The position numbers and the translations under genes are program-made. A stretch of DNA of 64,000 bases, from positions 5,777 through 69,776 of the forward strand of contig JAEDES010000003.1 in the NCBI GenBank assembly GCA_016293205.1, given 5' to 3'. This DNA comes from Bacilli bacterium (GTDB taxonomy: Bacteria > Bacillota_I > Bacilli_A > RF39 > UBA660). The notes beneath the pieces were generated by a model, which had not been told where the DNA came from, searched no databases, and was given only the letters and a program-made list of their open reading frames with translations. Below are positions 28,440 to 38,838 of the stretch, in pieces. The first letter of the stretch is position 1, and each line of letters starts with the position of its first letter.

Positions 28440-28509
28440 AATGACACCTCCTATATCTCATTTTAAATTTACCATGCTAACATGGGTTTCAAACTATCTT
28501 TGTCCTTAA

Positions 28510-28911
28510 TTACCAAATATAAGCTAGAACTTCTCCACCTATATTTTCTTTACGTGCTTGTTTATCTGTCATAATTCCTTTTGATGTAGAAATGATAGCG
28601 ATTCCTAAACCATTTAATACTTTAGGGATTTCATCATTCTTAGCATAAACACGAAGACCTGGTTTGGAAATTCTTTTTAATCCAGTGATTACTCTTTCTT
28701 TCTTGTTTGTATATTTTAAAGTTAAAACAATTGTACCTTGAGCATCTTCACTAACGATTTTATAATCTTTTATAAATCCTTCTTCTTTAAGAATTCTTGC
28801 GATTTCTTTTTTAATATTAGAAGCTGGAACTTGTACTTCTTCATAACGCATTTGGTTAGCATTACGAATACGTGTTAACATATCTGCAATTGTATCTGTT
28901 ACTACTGCCAT
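28510..28911 (-). CDS. rpsH: 30S ribosomal protein S8
   Basis: 133 aa with [13 protein letters not shown]...GGEVLAYIW. Confidence 0.97.
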   Translation of the reverse strand: MAVVTDTIADMLTRIRNANQMRYEEVQVPASNIKKEIARILKEEGFIKDYKIVSEDAQGTIVLTLKYTNKKERVITGLKRISKPGLRVYAKNDEIPKVLNGLGIAIISTSKGIMTDKQARKENIGGEVLAYIW

Positions 28912-28930
28912 TTTATTTCCTCCTTTCCAA

Positions 28931-29116
28931 TTACCAACTTGATTTTTTAATTCCTGGTATTTGTCCTTTATAAGCTAATTCACGGAAGCAAATACGGCAG
29001 ATTCCGAATTTACTCATAACTGCGTGTGGACGACCACAACGTGAACATCTTGTATATTCACGAACTTTGAATTTTTGTGGTCTATTAGCTTTTATTATCA
29101 TACTTTTCTTTGCCAT
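28931..29116 (-). CDS. rpsN: 30S ribosomal protein S14, zinc-binding type Z
   Basis: 61 aa with [10 protein letters not shown]...CRIC. Confidence 0.96.
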   Translation of the reverse strand: MAKKSMIIKANRPQKFKVREYTRCSRCGRPHAVMSKFGICRICFRELAYKGQIPGIKKSSW

Positions 29117-29131
29117 AATTTTCCTCCCATT

Positions 29132-29671
29132 TTACTTTCTAAAAGGAATTCCAAGTCCATTTAATAAGTCGTAAGCTTCTTCATTAGATTTAGCTGTTGT
29201 TACGAATACGATGTCCATTCCTCTTACTTTTACAACGTCATCATAATCGATTTCTGAAAAGATTAATTGTTCTTTAATTCCCATTGTATAATTTCCTCTT
29301 CCATCGAAAGCTTTTGAACTAACTCCACGGAAGTCTCTTACACGTGGTAATGAGATAGAAATTAATTTATCTAAGAAGTTATACATTTGTTCCCCTCTTA
29401 GAGTAACTTTACATCCAATTGCTTGACCTTCTCTTACTTTGAATCCTGCAATTGACTTTTTAGCTCTTGTAACTACTGGTTTTTGTCCAGAAATTTTAGC
29501 AAGATCTGCTACAGCTGCATCTATTAATTTAGAGTTTCCTGTTGCATCTCCTACTCCCATATTAATAACAATCTTTTCTAATTTTGGAACTTCCATTATT
29601 GACTTATAATTATATTTTTCTTTTAAACTTGAAACAACTTCATTTAAGTATTTCTCTTTTAGGCGGTTCAT
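29132..29671 (-). CDS. rplE: 50S ribosomal protein L5
   Basis: 179 aa with MNRLKEKY...INMGVGDA. Confidence 0.97.
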   Translation of the reverse strand: MNRLKEKYLNEVVSSLKEKYNYKSIMEVPKLEKIVINMGVGDATGNSKLIDAAVADLAKISGQKPVVTRAKKSIAGFKVREGQAIGCKVTLRGEQMYNFLDKLISISLPRVRDFRGVSSKAFDGRGNYTMGIKEQLIFSEIDYDDVVKVRGMDIVFVTTAKSNEEAYDLLNGLGIPFRK

Positions 29672-29688
29672 AGTTACCCTCCTTCCAA

Positions 29689-30000
29689 TTAATCAATCTT
29701 CTCGTTTGATTTTTTTGCTATTCTTATTTTTTTGTTTGTTTTTGTATCAGTTGTATGTCCAATTCTAGTTCTTTTTTTAGTCTTAGGATCAAGAATCATA
29801 ACATTTGAAGCATTAATAGGTGCTTCTACTTCAATAATTCCACCTGTTGCTTGAGCAGTTGCTTTTTGATGTTTCTTTACAACGTTAACTCCTTCAACGA
29901 TTACTTTATTATCAGATTTTAATGTTTTAATAATTTTTCCTGATTTACCTTTATCAGAACCAGTGATAACTACAACTTCATCTCCTATTTTAAAGTTCAT
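29689..30000 (-). CDS. rplX: 50S ribosomal protein L24
   Basis: 103 aa with [19 protein letters not shown]. Confidence 0.96.
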   Translation of the reverse strand: MNFKIGDEVVVITGSDKGKSGKIIKTLKSDNKVIVEGVNVVKKHQKATAQATGGIIEVEAPINASNVMILDPKTKKRTRIGHTTDTKTNKKIRIAKKSNEKID

Positions 30001-30013
30001 ATTTATCCTCCTC

Positions 30014-30382
30014 TTATAGTACTTCTTTTGCTAAAGAAACAATTTTCATGTAATCTTTATCACGAAGTTCTCTTGCTACTGGTCCAAAAATACGAGTTCC
30101 TACTGGACTCTTATCATCTTTGATGATAACACAAGCATTGTCATCGAACTTAATGTAACTTCCATCTTCACGACGAACGCCTTGACGACTACGAACGATA
30201 ACTGCTTTTACAACTTTTCCTTTTTTAAGTGGTGAGTTTGGAATAGCACTTTTAACTGTTCCAACTACTACATCACCAATGTTACCAGTTTTTACTTTAC
30301 TTCCACCTAAAACACGGATAACTAATAATTCACGTGCTCCAGAGTTGTCAGCAACTTTCATACGGCTTTCTTGTTGTAACAT
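30014..30382 (-). CDS. rplN: 50S ribosomal protein L14
   Basis: 122 aa with [18 protein letters not shown]. Confidence 0.97.
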   Translation of the reverse strand: MLQQESRMKVADNSGARELLVIRVLGGSKVKTGNIGDVVVGTVKSAIPNSPLKKGKVVKAVIVRSRQGVRREDGSYIKFDDNACVIIKDDKSPVGTRIFGPVARELRDKDYMKIVSLAKEVL

Positions 30383-30410
30383 AGATTATTCCTCCTTTTT
30401 CATCTAAGCG

Positions 30411-30671
30411 TTAAATAATAACTGCTTCTTTTACTACTTCTTTTAAGTAGAAATGTTTAGTTTTTGATAATGGTCTAGTTTCAACTATACGAACAGTATC
30501 TCCAACTTTTGCGATATTTTTTTCATCATGTACACAATATTTTTTTGAGCTTTTAACTCTTTTGTGATATAACGGATGGTTTTTATAAGTTTCAACTAAA
30601 ACACTGATTGTTTTATCATTAGTTGCGTTAACTACTTTACCAACTAATTCTCTATTTAATTTCTTTTCCAC
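30411..30671 (-). CDS. rpsQ: 30S ribosomal protein S17
   Basis: 86 aa with G.VV....DKTI.V.VE....HP.Y.K. Confidence 0.96.
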   Translation of the reverse strand: MEKKLNRELVGKVVNATNDKTISVLVETYKNHPLYHKRVKSSKKYCVHDEKNIAKVGDTVRIVETRPLSKTKHFYLKEVVKEAVII

Positions 30672-30683
30672 TTTATTACCCTC

Positions 30684-30878
30684 CTACTCGCTTATCTCAC
30701 GTTCTCTTAGAACTGTTTTTAATCTTGCAACAGTGTGTCTTAAATCTCTAATTCTAGAAGGTTTTTCTAGAGTTCCAGTTGCTTGTTGGAAACGTAAGTT
30801 AAATAATTCTTCTTTAGTTTCAACTAATTTTTTGTTAATTTCTTCTGTTGATAATTCTCTAATTTCTTTAACCTTCAT
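30684..30878 (-). CDS. rpmC: 50S ribosomal protein L29
   Basis: ORF track start is 30893. The ATG at 30878 ([13 protein letters not shown]) aligns with typical uL29 N-termini and has a GGTGGTGA RBS. It overlaps the rplP end. Confidence 0.95.
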   Translation of the reverse strand: MKVKEIRELSTEEINKKLVETKEELFNLRFQQATGTLEKPSRIRDLRHTVARLKTVLREREISE

Positions 30879-31299
30879 TGATTTCACCACCATTTTCTTT
30901 TTTTACAAATCTAGTTGCAATTGGTAGTTTATGAGAAGCTAGTCTTAATGCTTCACGAGCAACTTCTTCAGTAACTCCAGCAATTTCGAACATAATCTTT
31001 CCTTCTTTAACTACTGCAACCCAACCTTCAACGTTACCTTTACCTTTACCTTGTCTTGTTCCGATAGGTTTTTTAGTTAAAGGCATATGAGGGAAGATGT
31101 TTATCCAAACTTTTCCACCACGTTTCATGTAACGAGTCATAGCAATACGAGCAGCTTCGATTTGATTTGCTGTAATCCAAGCTCCTTCTTTTGCTTGTAA
31201 TCCGAATTCACCATTTGTTAATTCTCTATTACCACGTGATCTTCCTTCGTAAGGTAATCTATGTACACGACGATATTTAGTTCTTGACGGTATTAACAT
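30868..31299 (-). CDS. rplP: 50S ribosomal protein L16
   Basis: 143 aa with [12 protein letters not shown]. Confidence 0.97.
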   Translation of the reverse strand: MLIPSRTKYRRVHRLPYEGRSRGNRELTNGEFGLQAKEGAWITANQIEAARIAMTRYMKRGGKVWINIFPHMPLTKKPIGTRQGKGKGNVEGWVAVVKEGKIMFEIAGVTEEVAREALRLASHKLPIATRFVKKENGGEINEG

Positions 31300-31300
31300 A

Positions 31301-31951
31301 TTAATTACCTCCTTTTGCTTTCTTATTTAGGATTTCTCCTTTATAGATCCAAACCTTTACACCGATTTTTCCGAATGTTGTGTCAGCTTCAGCTGTAGCA
31401 TAATCAACATCTGCTCTTAATGTATGTAGAGGAATAGTTCCTTCTGTGTATCCTTCGCTACGTGCCATATCAGCACCACCTAAACGTCCAGATACTGATG
31501 TTTTAATTCCTTTAGCTCCTGCTTTCATTGCATTTCTGATTGCACGTTTTTGAGCCATACGGAATGATGCTCTATTAGTGATTTGGTTAGCGATTGAATC
31601 AGCTACTAATTGAGCATTCATATCTACTTTTTTAATATCAACGATTGAGATTTGTACATTTTCATCAGCAATCTTTGATAATTCAGTTTTTAATTTTTCA
31701 ATTTCTTCTCCACCGTGTCCAATCATAACACCAGGTTTAGAAGTATGAATTACAACTTCACATCTCTTGGCATTTCTTTCGATTTCTACTTTAGCAATAC
31801 CAGCGTTTGTTAAGTTAGCTTCTAAGTATTTACGAATTTTAATATCTTTATCTAATAACTTAGAAAAATCTTTACCGTTAGCATACCATTTAGCTTCCCA
31901 GTCTTTATTTATACCAAGTCTAAGTCCATTAGGATTAACCTTTTGTCCCAT
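31301..31951 (-). CDS. rpsC: 30S ribosomal protein S3
   Basis: 216 aa with [13 protein letters not shown]. Confidence 0.97.
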   Translation of the reverse strand: MGQKVNPNGLRLGINKDWEAKWYANGKDFSKLLDKDIKIRKYLEANLTNAGIAKVEIERNAKRCEVVIHTSKPGVMIGHGGEEIEKLKTELSKIADENVQISIVDIKKVDMNAQLVADSIANQITNRASFRMAQKRAIRNAMKAGAKGIKTSVSGRLGGADMARSEGYTEGTIPLHTLRADVDYATAEADTTFGKIGVKVWIYKGEILNKKAKGGN

Positions 31952-31966
31952 TTTGTAACCTCCTTA

Positions 31967-32302
31967 TTAGTTTTTTGTAGCCACTACTATATTTATGTGA
32001 CTAGTTCTATGATCTTTATGTCCGATATGAGAACGAGAATCAAACATATGACGTTTCATAACAGGACCAGCATCTACTCTTGCTTCTTTAACGTATAGTG
32101 TTGCAGCTTCTGCACCGTTATTATTAACAGCGTTAGCAATAGCAGAATCTAATACTTTTTTAGTAAGTTTTGCTGACTTATTGTGTACATTATTTAAAAT
32201 TTGTAAAGCTTCTTGTACATTTTTACCACGAATTAGGTCTGCTACTAAACGAGCTCTAATAGGTGATACTCTAAGTCCCTTAGCAATTGCTTTTGCTTCC
32301 AT
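31967..32302 (-). CDS. rplV: 50S ribosomal protein L22
   Basis: 111 aa with RVSP.RARLVADLIRGK. Confidence 0.97.
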   Translation of the reverse strand: MEAKAIAKGLRVSPIRARLVADLIRGKNVQEALQILNNVHNKSAKLTKKVLDSAIANAVNNNGAEAATLYVKEARVDAGPVMKRHMFDSRSHIGHKDHRTSHINIVVATKN

Positions 32303-32326
32303 TTATTTCCCTCCTAGTCATTTTTT

Positions 32327-32596
32327 CTATTTCTTTTTGTCTGAACCATGTCCACCAAATTTACGTGTTAATGCGAATTCACCTAATTTATGTCCTACCA
32401 TATCTTCAGTAACATAAACTGGAATAAATTCTTTTCCATTATGAACTGCAAATGTGTGTCCTATAAAATCAGGAAAAATAGTGGAACGGCGTGACCATGT
32501 TTTAATGACTTCTTTTTTTCCAGACTTATTTAATTCTTGAACCTTTTTTAGTAATCTATCGAATACATAAGGTCCCTTTTTTAAACTTCTTGCCAT
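32327..32596 (-). CDS. rpsS: 30S ribosomal protein S19
   Basis: 89 aa with MARSLKKGP...[18 protein letters not shown]. Confidence 0.97.
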   Translation of the reverse strand: MARSLKKGPYVFDRLLKKVQELNKSGKKEVIKTWSRRSTIFPDFIGHTFAVHNGKEFIPVYVTEDMVGHKLGEFALTRKFGGHGSDKKK

Positions 32597-32616
32597 TTAT
32601 TAATCATCCTTTCCTA

Positions 32617-33444
32617 TTATTTACTACGACGACGTACTATGAACTTGTCAGATTGTTTTTTCTTACGTGTCTTTAATCCAAGTGCAGGTTTAGCCCAAGG
32701 TGTCATTGGTGCTTTACGTCCTACTGGAGCGCGTCCTTCACCTCCACCATGTGGGTGGTCATTAGGGTTCATTACAGAACCACGTACTGTTGGTCTAATT
32801 CCCATGTGACGGCTACGTCCTGCTTTTCCAACTTTAACTAATGAAGAGTCTTCATTTCCAACTTCTCCAACTGTAGCCATACAAGTTCCAAGAACTTTTC
32901 TTTGTTCTCCACTTGATAAACGAATCATTACATAATTTCCTTCACGACCAAGGATTTGTGCAGATGAACCAGCACTTCTTGCTAATTCTCCACCTTTTCC
33001 TGGACGTAATTCAATGTTATGAATCATTGTACCAACTGGGATATTCATAATTGGTAATGCGTTACCAACTTTAATATCAGCATTTTCTCCTGCTTCAACT
33101 GTCATTCCAACAGTTAAACCTTTTGGAGCGATGATATATCTTTTTTCTCCATCTGCGTAATTGATTAATGCAATATTAGCAGTTCTATTTGGATCGTATT
33201 CGATTGTTGCTACTGATCCAGGTACGTTTAATTTATTTCTTTTAAAATCAATGATACGATATTTTCTCTTTTCTCCACCACCGTGATGACGAACTGTAAT
33301 TTTACCTTGATTATTACGTCCACCATTTTTCTTGATAGTAACTACTAGAGATTTTTCTGGTACATTAGTTGTGATTTCTTCATTTACTAATGCGCTCATT
33401 TTTCTACGTCCTGGTGTAGTAGGTTTATAATTTCTGATTGCCAT
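32617..33444 (-). CDS. rplB: 50S ribosomal protein L2
   Basis: 275 aa with [14 protein letters not shown]...[12 protein letters not shown]. Confidence 0.98.
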   Translation of the reverse strand: MAIRNYKPTTPGRRKMSALVNEEITTNVPEKSLVVTIKKNGGRNNQGKITVRHHGGGEKRKYRIIDFKRNKLNVPGSVATIEYDPNRTANIALINYADGEKRYIIAPKGLTVGMTVEAGENADIKVGNALPIMNIPVGTMIHNIELRPGKGGELARSAGSSAQILGREGNYVMIRLSSGEQRKVLGTCMATVGEVGNEDSSLVKVGKAGRSRHMGIRPTVRGSVMNPNDHPHGGGEGRAPVGRKAPMTPWAKPALGLKTRKKKQSDKFIVRRRSK

Positions 33445-33460
33445 AATTTATTTCCTCCTT

Positions 33461-33745
33461 CTAACCAAGATCAATTGTTTGTCCTTCAGCAAGAGTAACA
33501 ATTGCTTTCTTTGTACGATTAGTTAATCCTGTATAACGACCAACTCTTCTTTTCTTTGGTTTTACATTCATTGTTCTAATAGATGTAACCTTAACGTTAA
33601 ATATTTTTTCAATTGCTTCTTTAATTTCTAATTTAGTAGCTTTTGGATCAACTTTGAAAGTATATTTTCCTTCGCTTTTAGCAATTTGAGATTTTTCAGT
33701 AATAACTGGTGCTTTAAGAATTTCTAAATATTTTAAGTCTTTCAT
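33461..33745 (-). CDS. rplW: 50S ribosomal protein L23
   Basis: 94 aa with PVITEKS......YTFKV...A.K.EIK.A.E. Confidence 0.96.
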   Translation of the reverse strand: MKDLKYLEILKAPVITEKSQIAKSEGKYTFKVDPKATKLEIKEAIEKIFNVKVTSIRTMNVKPKKRRVGRYTGLTNRTKKAIVTLAEGQTIDLG

Positions 33746-34371
33746 TATTTAAGCACCTCCTCAACTTTGTTTAATGCATCTTGAGTAATAACTAATACGT
33801 CAGTACCAACGATGTCTAATACATTAATTTCTTCAGCAGAGATTAATACTACGTTTTGTAAGTTTCTTGAAGCTAAAACTAAGTTATCTTCAAATTCACT
33901 AACTACTAATAATACTTTTTTGTCTGCTACATTTAATGTTTTAAGAATATTTAACATATCCTTTGTCTTAGCTGTTTCAACAGTTAAGTTTTCTAATACG
34001 ATGATTGCTTTTTCATTTAATTTATCAGCTAATGCAGATTTTAAAGCAATTCTTCTTTCTTTCCTATTTTGTTTTTTGCTGTAGTCTCTTGGTACTGGAG
34101 TTCCATAATTTCCTCCACCTACCCATTGAACAGCTCTAATTGAACCTTGACGAGCACGTCCTGTTCCTTTTTGTCTCCATGGTTTTCTTCCACCACCAGA
34201 TACTTCTGAACGATTTTTTGTTTTATGTGTTCCTTGTCTTAATGAAGCCATTGATAAAATAATAGCATCATGTAATACATTATTATTTGGGGTAATTCCA
34301 AAAATTTCTTCGTTTAAATTAATGTCCTTTACTTTTTCACCTTTAAGATTTAAAAGTTCTACTTTTTGCAT
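33745..34371 (-). CDS. rplD: 50S ribosomal protein L4
   Basis: 208 aa with [20 protein letters not shown]. Confidence 0.97.
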   Translation of the reverse strand: MQKVELLNLKGEKVKDINLNEEIFGITPNNNVLHDAIILSMASLRQGTHKTKNRSEVSGGGRKPWRQKGTGRARQGSIRAVQWVGGGNYGTPVPRDYSKKQNRKERRIALKSALADKLNEKAIIVLENLTVETAKTKDMLNILKTLNVADKKVLLVVSEFEDNLVLASRNLQNVVLISAEEINVLDIVGTDVLVITQDALNKVEEVLK

Positions 34372-34438
34372 TTACGATTCCTCCTTTCATCACTTTCTAA
34401 TTTTTTATTTTTCTTTCTTTATTATATATAGTGATGAT

Positions 34439-35158
34439 TTATTCTTCAGTATTTTCTACTGTTTCTTCTGCAACTTCTTCAACAACTACTGGTTCAACAT
34501 AACTTACTAAATCAGCAGCAGCATTTTTTGTATTTGGTTTTTTAACTGCAGTATGAATCATAACAAATGATTTCTTTGGACCTGGAACATTACCTTTAAC
34601 TAAGATAACACTATTTTCTGTATCAACTGATACGATTTCAAGATTTTGAACAGTTCTTTGAACATTACCCATTTGTCCTGGCATTTTTTTACCTTTTAAT
34701 ACGTGCATTGGTAATAAAGTACCAAGTGAACCAACACCTCTATGATATTGAGAACCATGTCCCATTGGACCAGTTGATTGGTTGTGACGTTTAATAACAC
34801 CTTGGAAACCTTTACCTTTACTTGTTCCTGTTACATCAACCAATTCCCCTTCGCTGAAAACGTCTACTCCAATAGTTTGTCCTAAAGTGTAATCGTTAAC
34901 ATTAACTCCTCTAATTTCTTTTAAGAAGCGCTTAGGTGTTGTATTTGCTTTATTTGTATGACCCATAGCTGGTTTGTTGCTTAAACTTTCTCTGATAGTA
35001 TCAGTTGCAAGTTGTACAGCTTCATAACCATCTTTTTCAACTGTTTTGATTTGTGTAACCACATTTGGTTCTACTTCAATAACAGTAACCGGAATTAATT
35101 TACCTTCTTTAGTAAATACTTGAGTCATTCCGATTTTCTTACCTAAGATTCCTTTCAT
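34439..35158 (-). CDS. rplC: 50S ribosomal protein L3 with ~30-aa acidic C-terminal extension
   Basis: 239 aa starting [15 protein letters not shown]. The tail is ...[22 protein letters not shown]. Confidence 0.96.
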   Translation of the reverse strand: MKGILGKKIGMTQVFTKEGKLIPVTVIEVEPNVVTQIKTVEKDGYEAVQLATDTIRESLSNKPAMGHTNKANTTPKRFLKEIRGVNVNDYTLGQTIGVDVFSEGELVDVTGTSKGKGFQGVIKRHNQSTGPMGHGSQYHRGVGSLGTLLPMHVLKGKKMPGQMGNVQRTVQNLEIVSVDTENSVILVKGNVPGPKKSFVMIHTAVKKPNTKNAAADLVSYVEPVVVEEVAEETVENTEE

Positions 35159-35175
35159 TATTGTTTCCTCCTAAA

Positions 35176-35487
35176 TTATTTTGTTTTGATTTCAATATCC
35201 ACACCACTTGGTAAATCTAAATGAGCTAAAGCTTCAATAGTTTCCTTGCTTGGATTTTTGATATCAATTAGTCTTTTGTGTGTACGCATTTCAAATTGTT
35301 CACGTGAATCTTTGTGATTATGAACAGCTCTTAAAATTGTGAATTTTTCAACTTCAGTTGGAAGTGGTACTGGACCAGAGATAACTCCACCAGATCTTCT
35401 TACTGTTTCAACAATTTTCTTTGCAGCATTATCAAGGATTCTGTGATCATATGCTTTAATTCTGATACGAATTTTTTCTGTTGACAT
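35176..35487 (-). CDS. rpsJ: 30S ribosomal protein S10
   Basis: 103 aa with [14 protein letters not shown]...LPT..E.FT.LR..H. Confidence 0.97.
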   Translation of the reverse strand: MSTEKIRIRIKAYDHRILDNAAKKIVETVRRSGGVISGPVPLPTEVEKFTILRAVHNHKDSREQFEMRTHKRLIDIKNPSKETIEALAHLDLPSGVDIEIKTK

Positions 35488-35604
35488 TGTATATCCTCCT
35501 CTCGCCTATATCTTAGTATAGACTTGCTCCGCGCGAATAACCCAATAACGAATTAACAACTTAACCCGGTGTATCGACAACCTCGCGCCTCTAAGCAGCC
35601 ACAC
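35488..35604 (-). promoter_or_regulatory. Structured, locally GC-rich 5' leader of the S10 operon (candidate ribosomal-protein autoregulatory leader)
   Basis: About 115 nt lie between the predicted TSS and the rpsJ ATG. The leader contains GCGCGA...TCGCGC complementary segments about 50 nt apart and several C/G clusters that are unusual for this AT-rich genome. Confidence 0.45.
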
Positions 35605-35611
35605 GTCTACA

Positions 35612-35640
35612 ATTATACCAGTGGGTTGCTATTTTTGCAA
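35612..35640 (-). promoter_or_regulatory. Near-consensus SigA promoter of the S10-spc-alpha operon (TTGCAA-17-TATAAT)
   Basis: Reverse complement reads TTGCAAaaatagcaacccactggTATAAT. Confidence 0.75.
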
Positions 35641-35719
35641 GTGTTTTTTTGAGAATTTTGTTATTTTGTGCGCTTTTGCGAAGATTTTTACAATTTAATT
35701 TACATTTGATTATCTATTT

Positions 35720-36928
35720 TTATTTTTTAGTATTTTTTGCTATAGCTTTTAGAGACGCTGGAGCTATTAAATCCTTACCAAACTTATGATTTATGGCATC
35801 CAATGTCTTTTGGAATGAATCTTCTTCATCTTGTACCGATTCTTCTTCAAATAAAGATATTTGTACTTTTCTTGTTGTTGTCAAATCACCAAGTCTTACT
35901 CCTATTAATCTAATTGGTTCTTTTTTATAACTTTTTTCAAATAATTCTATTACTTTAGAATATATATCTTTTGTATTATTTGTTTCTCTTGATAGTTTTT
36001 CTTGTTGTGAATAACTTATAAAATTACTATCCTTATATATTATTGCTACTGTTTTTGCATACTGATTTTGATTTCTTAATTGATGTGCTACATCTTGTGT
36101 TTGTCTAAATAAAACTTCTTTTAGTTTTACCTCATCAGTTGTGTCATGTTGTAATGTTTCAGTTGTACTTATACTTTGATTTTTATTTTTTCTTGGTGTA
36201 ACTTCACTATTATCTATTCCATTTGCTGATAATATCATTTGTTCTGCCATACTTTTAAAATGCTTTTCTAATTCTTTTTTGTTAGCTTTTGCTAAATCTT
36301 CTATAGTTTTTATATTTAGTCTATTTAATACTTCTGTAGTCTTTGCTCCAATCATAAAAAGGTCATTTACTGGTAATGGCCACATTTTTTCTTCTATTTC
36401 ATTCATATACAAAGTATGTACTTTATCCGGTTTTTCAAAGTCAGATGCCATTTTTGCACATAGTTTATTATTACCTATCCCTACATTAACTGTGAATCCA
36501 TAAATTCTTTTTATATCTTCTTTTATTTTATAAGCAAGTTGTTCATAGTTGTCATATAGATAATTTGTTCCTGTCATATCTACAAAGCATTCATCTACTG
36601 AGAATTGTTCTATCGTAGGAGAATACTGTGTTAAATAATTATAAAAGTTTTTTGATTGTTGATGGTACCATTCATGATTAGCAGGAAATATTTGTAGTGA
36701 TGGACATTTCTTTTTTGCTTGATAGATTGTTTCAGCTGTTTTGATTCCAAATCTTTTGGCTACTGGAGACTTTGCTAAAACTATTCCTCGTCTTTCTTTC
36801 TCATCTCCTCCAATAATTGATGGGATTTTTCTAATATCTTGTTTATATCCTTGCTTTAGTAATAATACAGCAGTCCATGAAAGAAAAGCATTGTTTACAT
36901 CTATATGAAATATTATTCTTTCTTTCAT
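35720..36928 (-). CDS. Y-family DNA polymerase (Pol IV / YqjW-UvrX-like)
   Basis: 402 aa. N-terminus is IFHIDVNNAFLSW, with SVDECFVDMTG and little-finger-type C-terminal blocks (PIRLIGVRL). Confidence 0.88.
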   Translation of the reverse strand: MKERIIFHIDVNNAFLSWTAVLLLKQGYKQDIRKIPSIIGGDEKERRGIVLAKSPVAKRFGIKTAETIYQAKKKCPSLQIFPANHEWYHQQSKNFYNYLTQYSPTIEQFSVDECFVDMTGTNYLYDNYEQLAYKIKEDIKRIYGFTVNVGIGNNKLCAKMASDFEKPDKVHTLYMNEIEEKMWPLPVNDLFMIGAKTTEVLNRLNIKTIEDLAKANKKELEKHFKSMAEQMILSANGIDNSEVTPRKNKNQSISTTETLQHDTTDEVKLKEVLFRQTQDVAHQLRNQNQYAKTVAIIYKDSNFISYSQQEKLSRETNNTKDIYSKVIELFEKSYKKEPIRLIGVRLGDLTTTRKVQISLFEEESVQDEEDSFQKTLDAINHKFGKDLIAPASLKAIAKNTKK

Positions 36929-36989
36929 GTTATCACCTCGTCTTTATTTTAGATCTTTTATCTTTATTTATCAATCGAACAAACATGAT

Positions 36990-37008
36990 TGTAAATTTGT
37001 AGTTTACA
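36990..37008. promoter_or_regulatory. Inverted repeat TGTAAA-N7-TTTACA in the divergent polY/XRE intergenic region; candidate operator
   Basis: Read from the sequence. It lies about 45 nt upstream of the XRE gene start. Confidence 0.35.
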
Positions 37009-37052
37009 TATATTTAAGTGCATTTAGTGGATAATAAAGGCGTGGTGATGTT

Positions 37053-37304
37053 ATGAATAAATATGAATATAACATATATGAACAAATTTCTAGAAATATT
37101 AAGAAATATCGTAAGGAAGCTGGTATGACTCAAGCTGTTCTTTCTGAAAAAGTTGGTCTTTCTCATGAATTTATTCGTAGAATAGAATCTAAGAAGGGTG
37201 TTAAAACTTTCTCAGTTGATACTGTTTGGAAGATATCAGTTGCTTTAAATATCGATCCGGGTAAATTGTTTGAGATTGATATTGATGAATTTAAAGAAAT
37301 ATAA
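37053..37304 (+). CDS. XRE-family helix-turn-helix transcriptional regulator
   Basis: 83 aa with HTH block GMTQAVLSEKVGLSHEFIRRIES. Confidence 0.8.
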   Translation: MNKYEYNIYEQISRNIKKYRKEAGMTQAVLSEKVGLSHEFIRRIESKKGVKTFSVDTVWKISVALNIDPGKLFEIDIDEFKEI

Positions 37305-37305
37305 A

Positions 37306-37335
37306 AAGATTCACATTTGTGAATCTTTTATTTTT
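37306..37335. terminator. Bidirectional terminator between the XRE gene and gpmI
   Basis: AAGATTCAC-attt-GTGAATCTT, flanked by A and T runs. Confidence 0.7.
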
Positions 37336-38830
37336 GAATTAAACTATTTCCTGTCATTTCTTCTGGAATATCTAAGTTCATTAATTCTAGAATTGTTGGA
37401 GCAATATCTCCTAGTTTTCCTGGGTGTAAATTAATGCCTTCTTTTGTAACAATAAATGGTACTGGATTTGTTGTATGAGCAGTTAAGATATTATTATTTT
37501 CATCTAACATTTCTTCGCAGTTACCATGGTCTGCTGTTACAATTAATATTCCATTTAATTCTTTTACTTTTTCATAAATTTTACCTAGACATTCATCTAC
37601 ACTTTCAACTGCTTTAATTGCTGCTTCAAGTACTCCTGTATGCCCTACCATATCTCCATTAGCAAAATTTAATATTACTAAGTCATAGTTTCCTAATTCA
37701 TTTAATAGTTGTTCGTTTACTTCATAGGCACTCATTTCTGGTTTTAAATCATATGTTGCTACTTTTGGAGATGGTATTAATAATTTCTTTTCATTTTTAT
37801 AATCTACTTCTTTTCCACCATCAAAGAAGAATGTTACGTGTGCATATTTTTCAGTCTCTGCTATTCTTAGTTGAGACTTATTTTGTTTTTCAATATATTC
37901 TCCCAAGATATTTTTTAATACTGGATCAGAATAGGCATGCTCTGCTATTACTGATTCTACTACTGGCATCATTGTAACTGTTTTTAAATTATTAAATCTT
38001 GTTACTGGCATATCATTAAAGTTTGGATTTGTTAATGCTGTTAAGATTTCTCTTATACGATCTTTTCTATAATTAAATACAATTAACCCATCATTTTCTT
38101 GAATATTTCCTTCTTTTTCAAATACTGCTGGAATAAAAAATTCATCATATATTCCATTCTTGTAACTTTCTTCAACGAATTCTTTTGGACTATTTGGATA
38201 TTCTCCAATACTATTTACAATGGCATCATATCCTTTTTGTAATCTATCAAAATTATTATCTCTATCCATTCCATAGTATCTTCCACCAATTGTTGCTATT
38301 TTTCCTAAATCAATTTCAGCTAATTTATCTTCTACTTGTTTAATATAAGTATAGGCACTTTGTGGTAGAACATCTCTTCCATCTGTGAATAAATGAATAT
38401 ATAATTTTTCAATATTATTTTGTTTTGCCATGTCAATGATGGCCATTAAATGATCTATATGTGAATGAACTCCACCATCACTGATTAATCCCATTAAATG
38501 TAATTTAGAATTATTATTTTTAACATGATTTATTACCTTTAATAATTCCTCATTACGATATATTTCTTTATCTTCAATGCTTTTATTTATTAATTCTAAT
38601 GGTTGGTATACGATTCTTCCGGCACCTATGTTCATGTGACCTACTTCACTATTCCCCATTTGTCCTTTAGGCAGACCAACTTCTTGTCCTGATGCATTTA
38701 ATTGTGTATGTGGGTAGTTATCCCATAACATATTAAATATAGGATTGTTTGCTAGTTTTACTGCGTTCCCATGTTCTTCTTCTCTTAATCCATAGCCATC
38801 TAAGATAGCTAATACTGTTGGTTGTGTCAT
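37328..38830 (-). CDS. gpmI: 2,3-bisphosphoglycerate-independent phosphoglycerate mutase
   Basis: 500 aa with LAILDGYG, the catalytic Ser context MGNSEVGHMN, and TADHGN. Confidence 0.95.
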   Translation of the reverse strand: MTQPTVLAILDGYGLREEEHGNAVKLANNPIFNMLWDNYPHTQLNASGQEVGLPKGQMGNSEVGHMNIGAGRIVYQPLELINKSIEDKEIYRNEELLKVINHVKNNNSKLHLMGLISDGGVHSHIDHLMAIIDMAKQNNIEKLYIHLFTDGRDVLPQSAYTYIKQVEDKLAEIDLGKIATIGGRYYGMDRDNNFDRLQKGYDAIVNSIGEYPNSPKEFVEESYKNGIYDEFFIPAVFEKEGNIQENDGLIVFNYRKDRIREILTALTNPNFNDMPVTRFNNLKTVTMMPVVESVIAEHAYSDPVLKNILGEYIEKQNKSQLRIAETEKYAHVTFFFDGGKEVDYKNEKKLLIPSPKVATYDLKPEMSAYEVNEQLLNELGNYDLVILNFANGDMVGHTGVLEAAIKAVESVDECLGKIYEKVKELNGILIVTADHGNCEEMLDENNNILTAHTTNPVPFIVTKEGINLHPGKLGDIAPTILELMNLDIPEEMTGNSLIQK

Positions 38831-38838
38831 AAATCCTC

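Noticed and set aside
28156-28509. 117-aa plus-strand ORF
   Set aside because: It is antisense to rplF and the rplF-rpsH spacer, so it is a frame artefact.
34372-34438. Inverted repeat TCATCACT...AGTGATGA in the rplD-rplC spacer as a terminator or attenuator
   Set aside because: The 8-bp stem encloses a ~35-nt AT-rich loop and has no U-tract. It sits inside a constitutive operon. It is noted under the ribosomal peculiarities but not called as a feature.
36971-36990. Possible LexA/Cheo box upstream of the Y-family polymerase (CGAACAAACATGAT)
   Set aside because: Only the left half-site CGAAC matches. The right half is ATGAT rather than GTTCG, so it is not a credible SOS box.
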